From NCBI GenBank assembly GCA_944363525.1, contig CALVUF010000003.1, positions 173,776 to 237,775 on the forward strand: 64,000 nucleotides of DNA, written 5' to 3'. The position numbers and the translations under genes are program-made. The stretch is from an uncultured Bacilli bacterium. Its GTDB lineage: Bacteria > Bacillota_I > Bacilli_A > RFN20 > CAG-826. Below the pieces are notes generated by a model, which was not told where the DNA came from, did not search any database, and was given only the letters and a program-made list of their open reading frames with translations. Shown piece by piece: positions 63,986 through 64,000 of the stretch; position 1 is the stretch's first letter; every line of letters starts with the position of its first letter.

Positions 63986-64000
63986 ATGTATCGAAAAATC
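63986..64000 (+). CDS. 5' end of a gene continuing beyond the window (MYRKI...)
   Basis: Extended -10 TGgTATAGT at 63948-63956 and a GGAGG ribosome-binding site 8 nt upstream of ATG 63986. Confidence 0.3.

Noticed and set aside
1-64000. Searched for CRISPR arrays, rRNA, tRNA, IS elements and integrases.
   Set aside because: No direct-repeat/spacer arrays were seen. No rRNA-like conserved stretches were seen. No transposase or integrase motifs (DDE, tyrosine recombinase R..H..R..Y) were seen. No tRNA cloverleaf was recognised by eye, though tRNA detection by eye is unreliable.

Overview
This is a 64-kb window of fairly high GC (about 55%) that looks Firmicutes-like: lipoboxes (L-A/S/G-C), sigma-A-type promoters, GGAGG ribosome-binding sites, and TTG or GTG start codons. 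It is gene-dense, with roughly 55 CDS. I saw no rRNA, no CRISPR and no obvious tRNA or mobile element.

Housekeeping and accessory content, in order along the window:
- A triple-repeat surface lipoprotein.
- plsX.
- An asymmetric heterodimeric ABC exporter pair.
- A GNAT acetyltransferase.
- A three-gene operon: a 1234-aa UvrD-like SF1 helicase with a large novel N-terminal extension, a 152-aa coiled-coil protein, and a Vsr endonuclease fused to a Nudix hydrolase.
- An Xaa-Pro aminopeptidase, a histidine phosphatase and a GH36 alpha-galactosidase.
- A membrane-tethered XRE regulator followed by an LD-carboxypeptidase.
- A co-directional array: PhoH-like ATPase, a low-GC and so probably acquired Type II R-M pair (restriction endonuclease plus Dcm-like m5C methyltransferase), a MutT-like Nudix, two unknowns, a GltD-like oxidoreductase and a MacB/FtsX-type ABC transporter.
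- Two tandem membrane GGDEF cyclases.
- A ClpB with no N-domain.
- A GrpB-family protein, PepF, a patatin, an MBL hydrolase and a SWIM zinc-finger protein.
- An operon with two paralogous giant (about 1130 aa) membrane-anchored beta-rich proteins, a 318-aa secreted protein and a membrane-tethered XRE regulator.
- A TetR gene divergent from an Fe-siderophore/B12-type ABC importer, with an operator-like palindrome between them.
- A CarD/CdnL-like factor.
- A Big-domain surface protein that carries the same YhcR-type OB-fold module as the first lipoprotein.

The observations I rank highest are:
1. The helicase / coiled-coil / Vsr::Nudix operon, and the recurring physical linkage of MutT-like Nudix genes to both Vsr and Dcm.
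2. The low-GC R-M insertion.
3. The giant paralog operon.
4. At least six genes that look leaderless, with a TAnnnT -10 box 6-9 nt upstream of the ATG and no Shine-Dalgarno sequence.
5. A genome-encoded ClpB lacking its N-domain.

All product calls are motif-level readings made by eye. No database searches were run.
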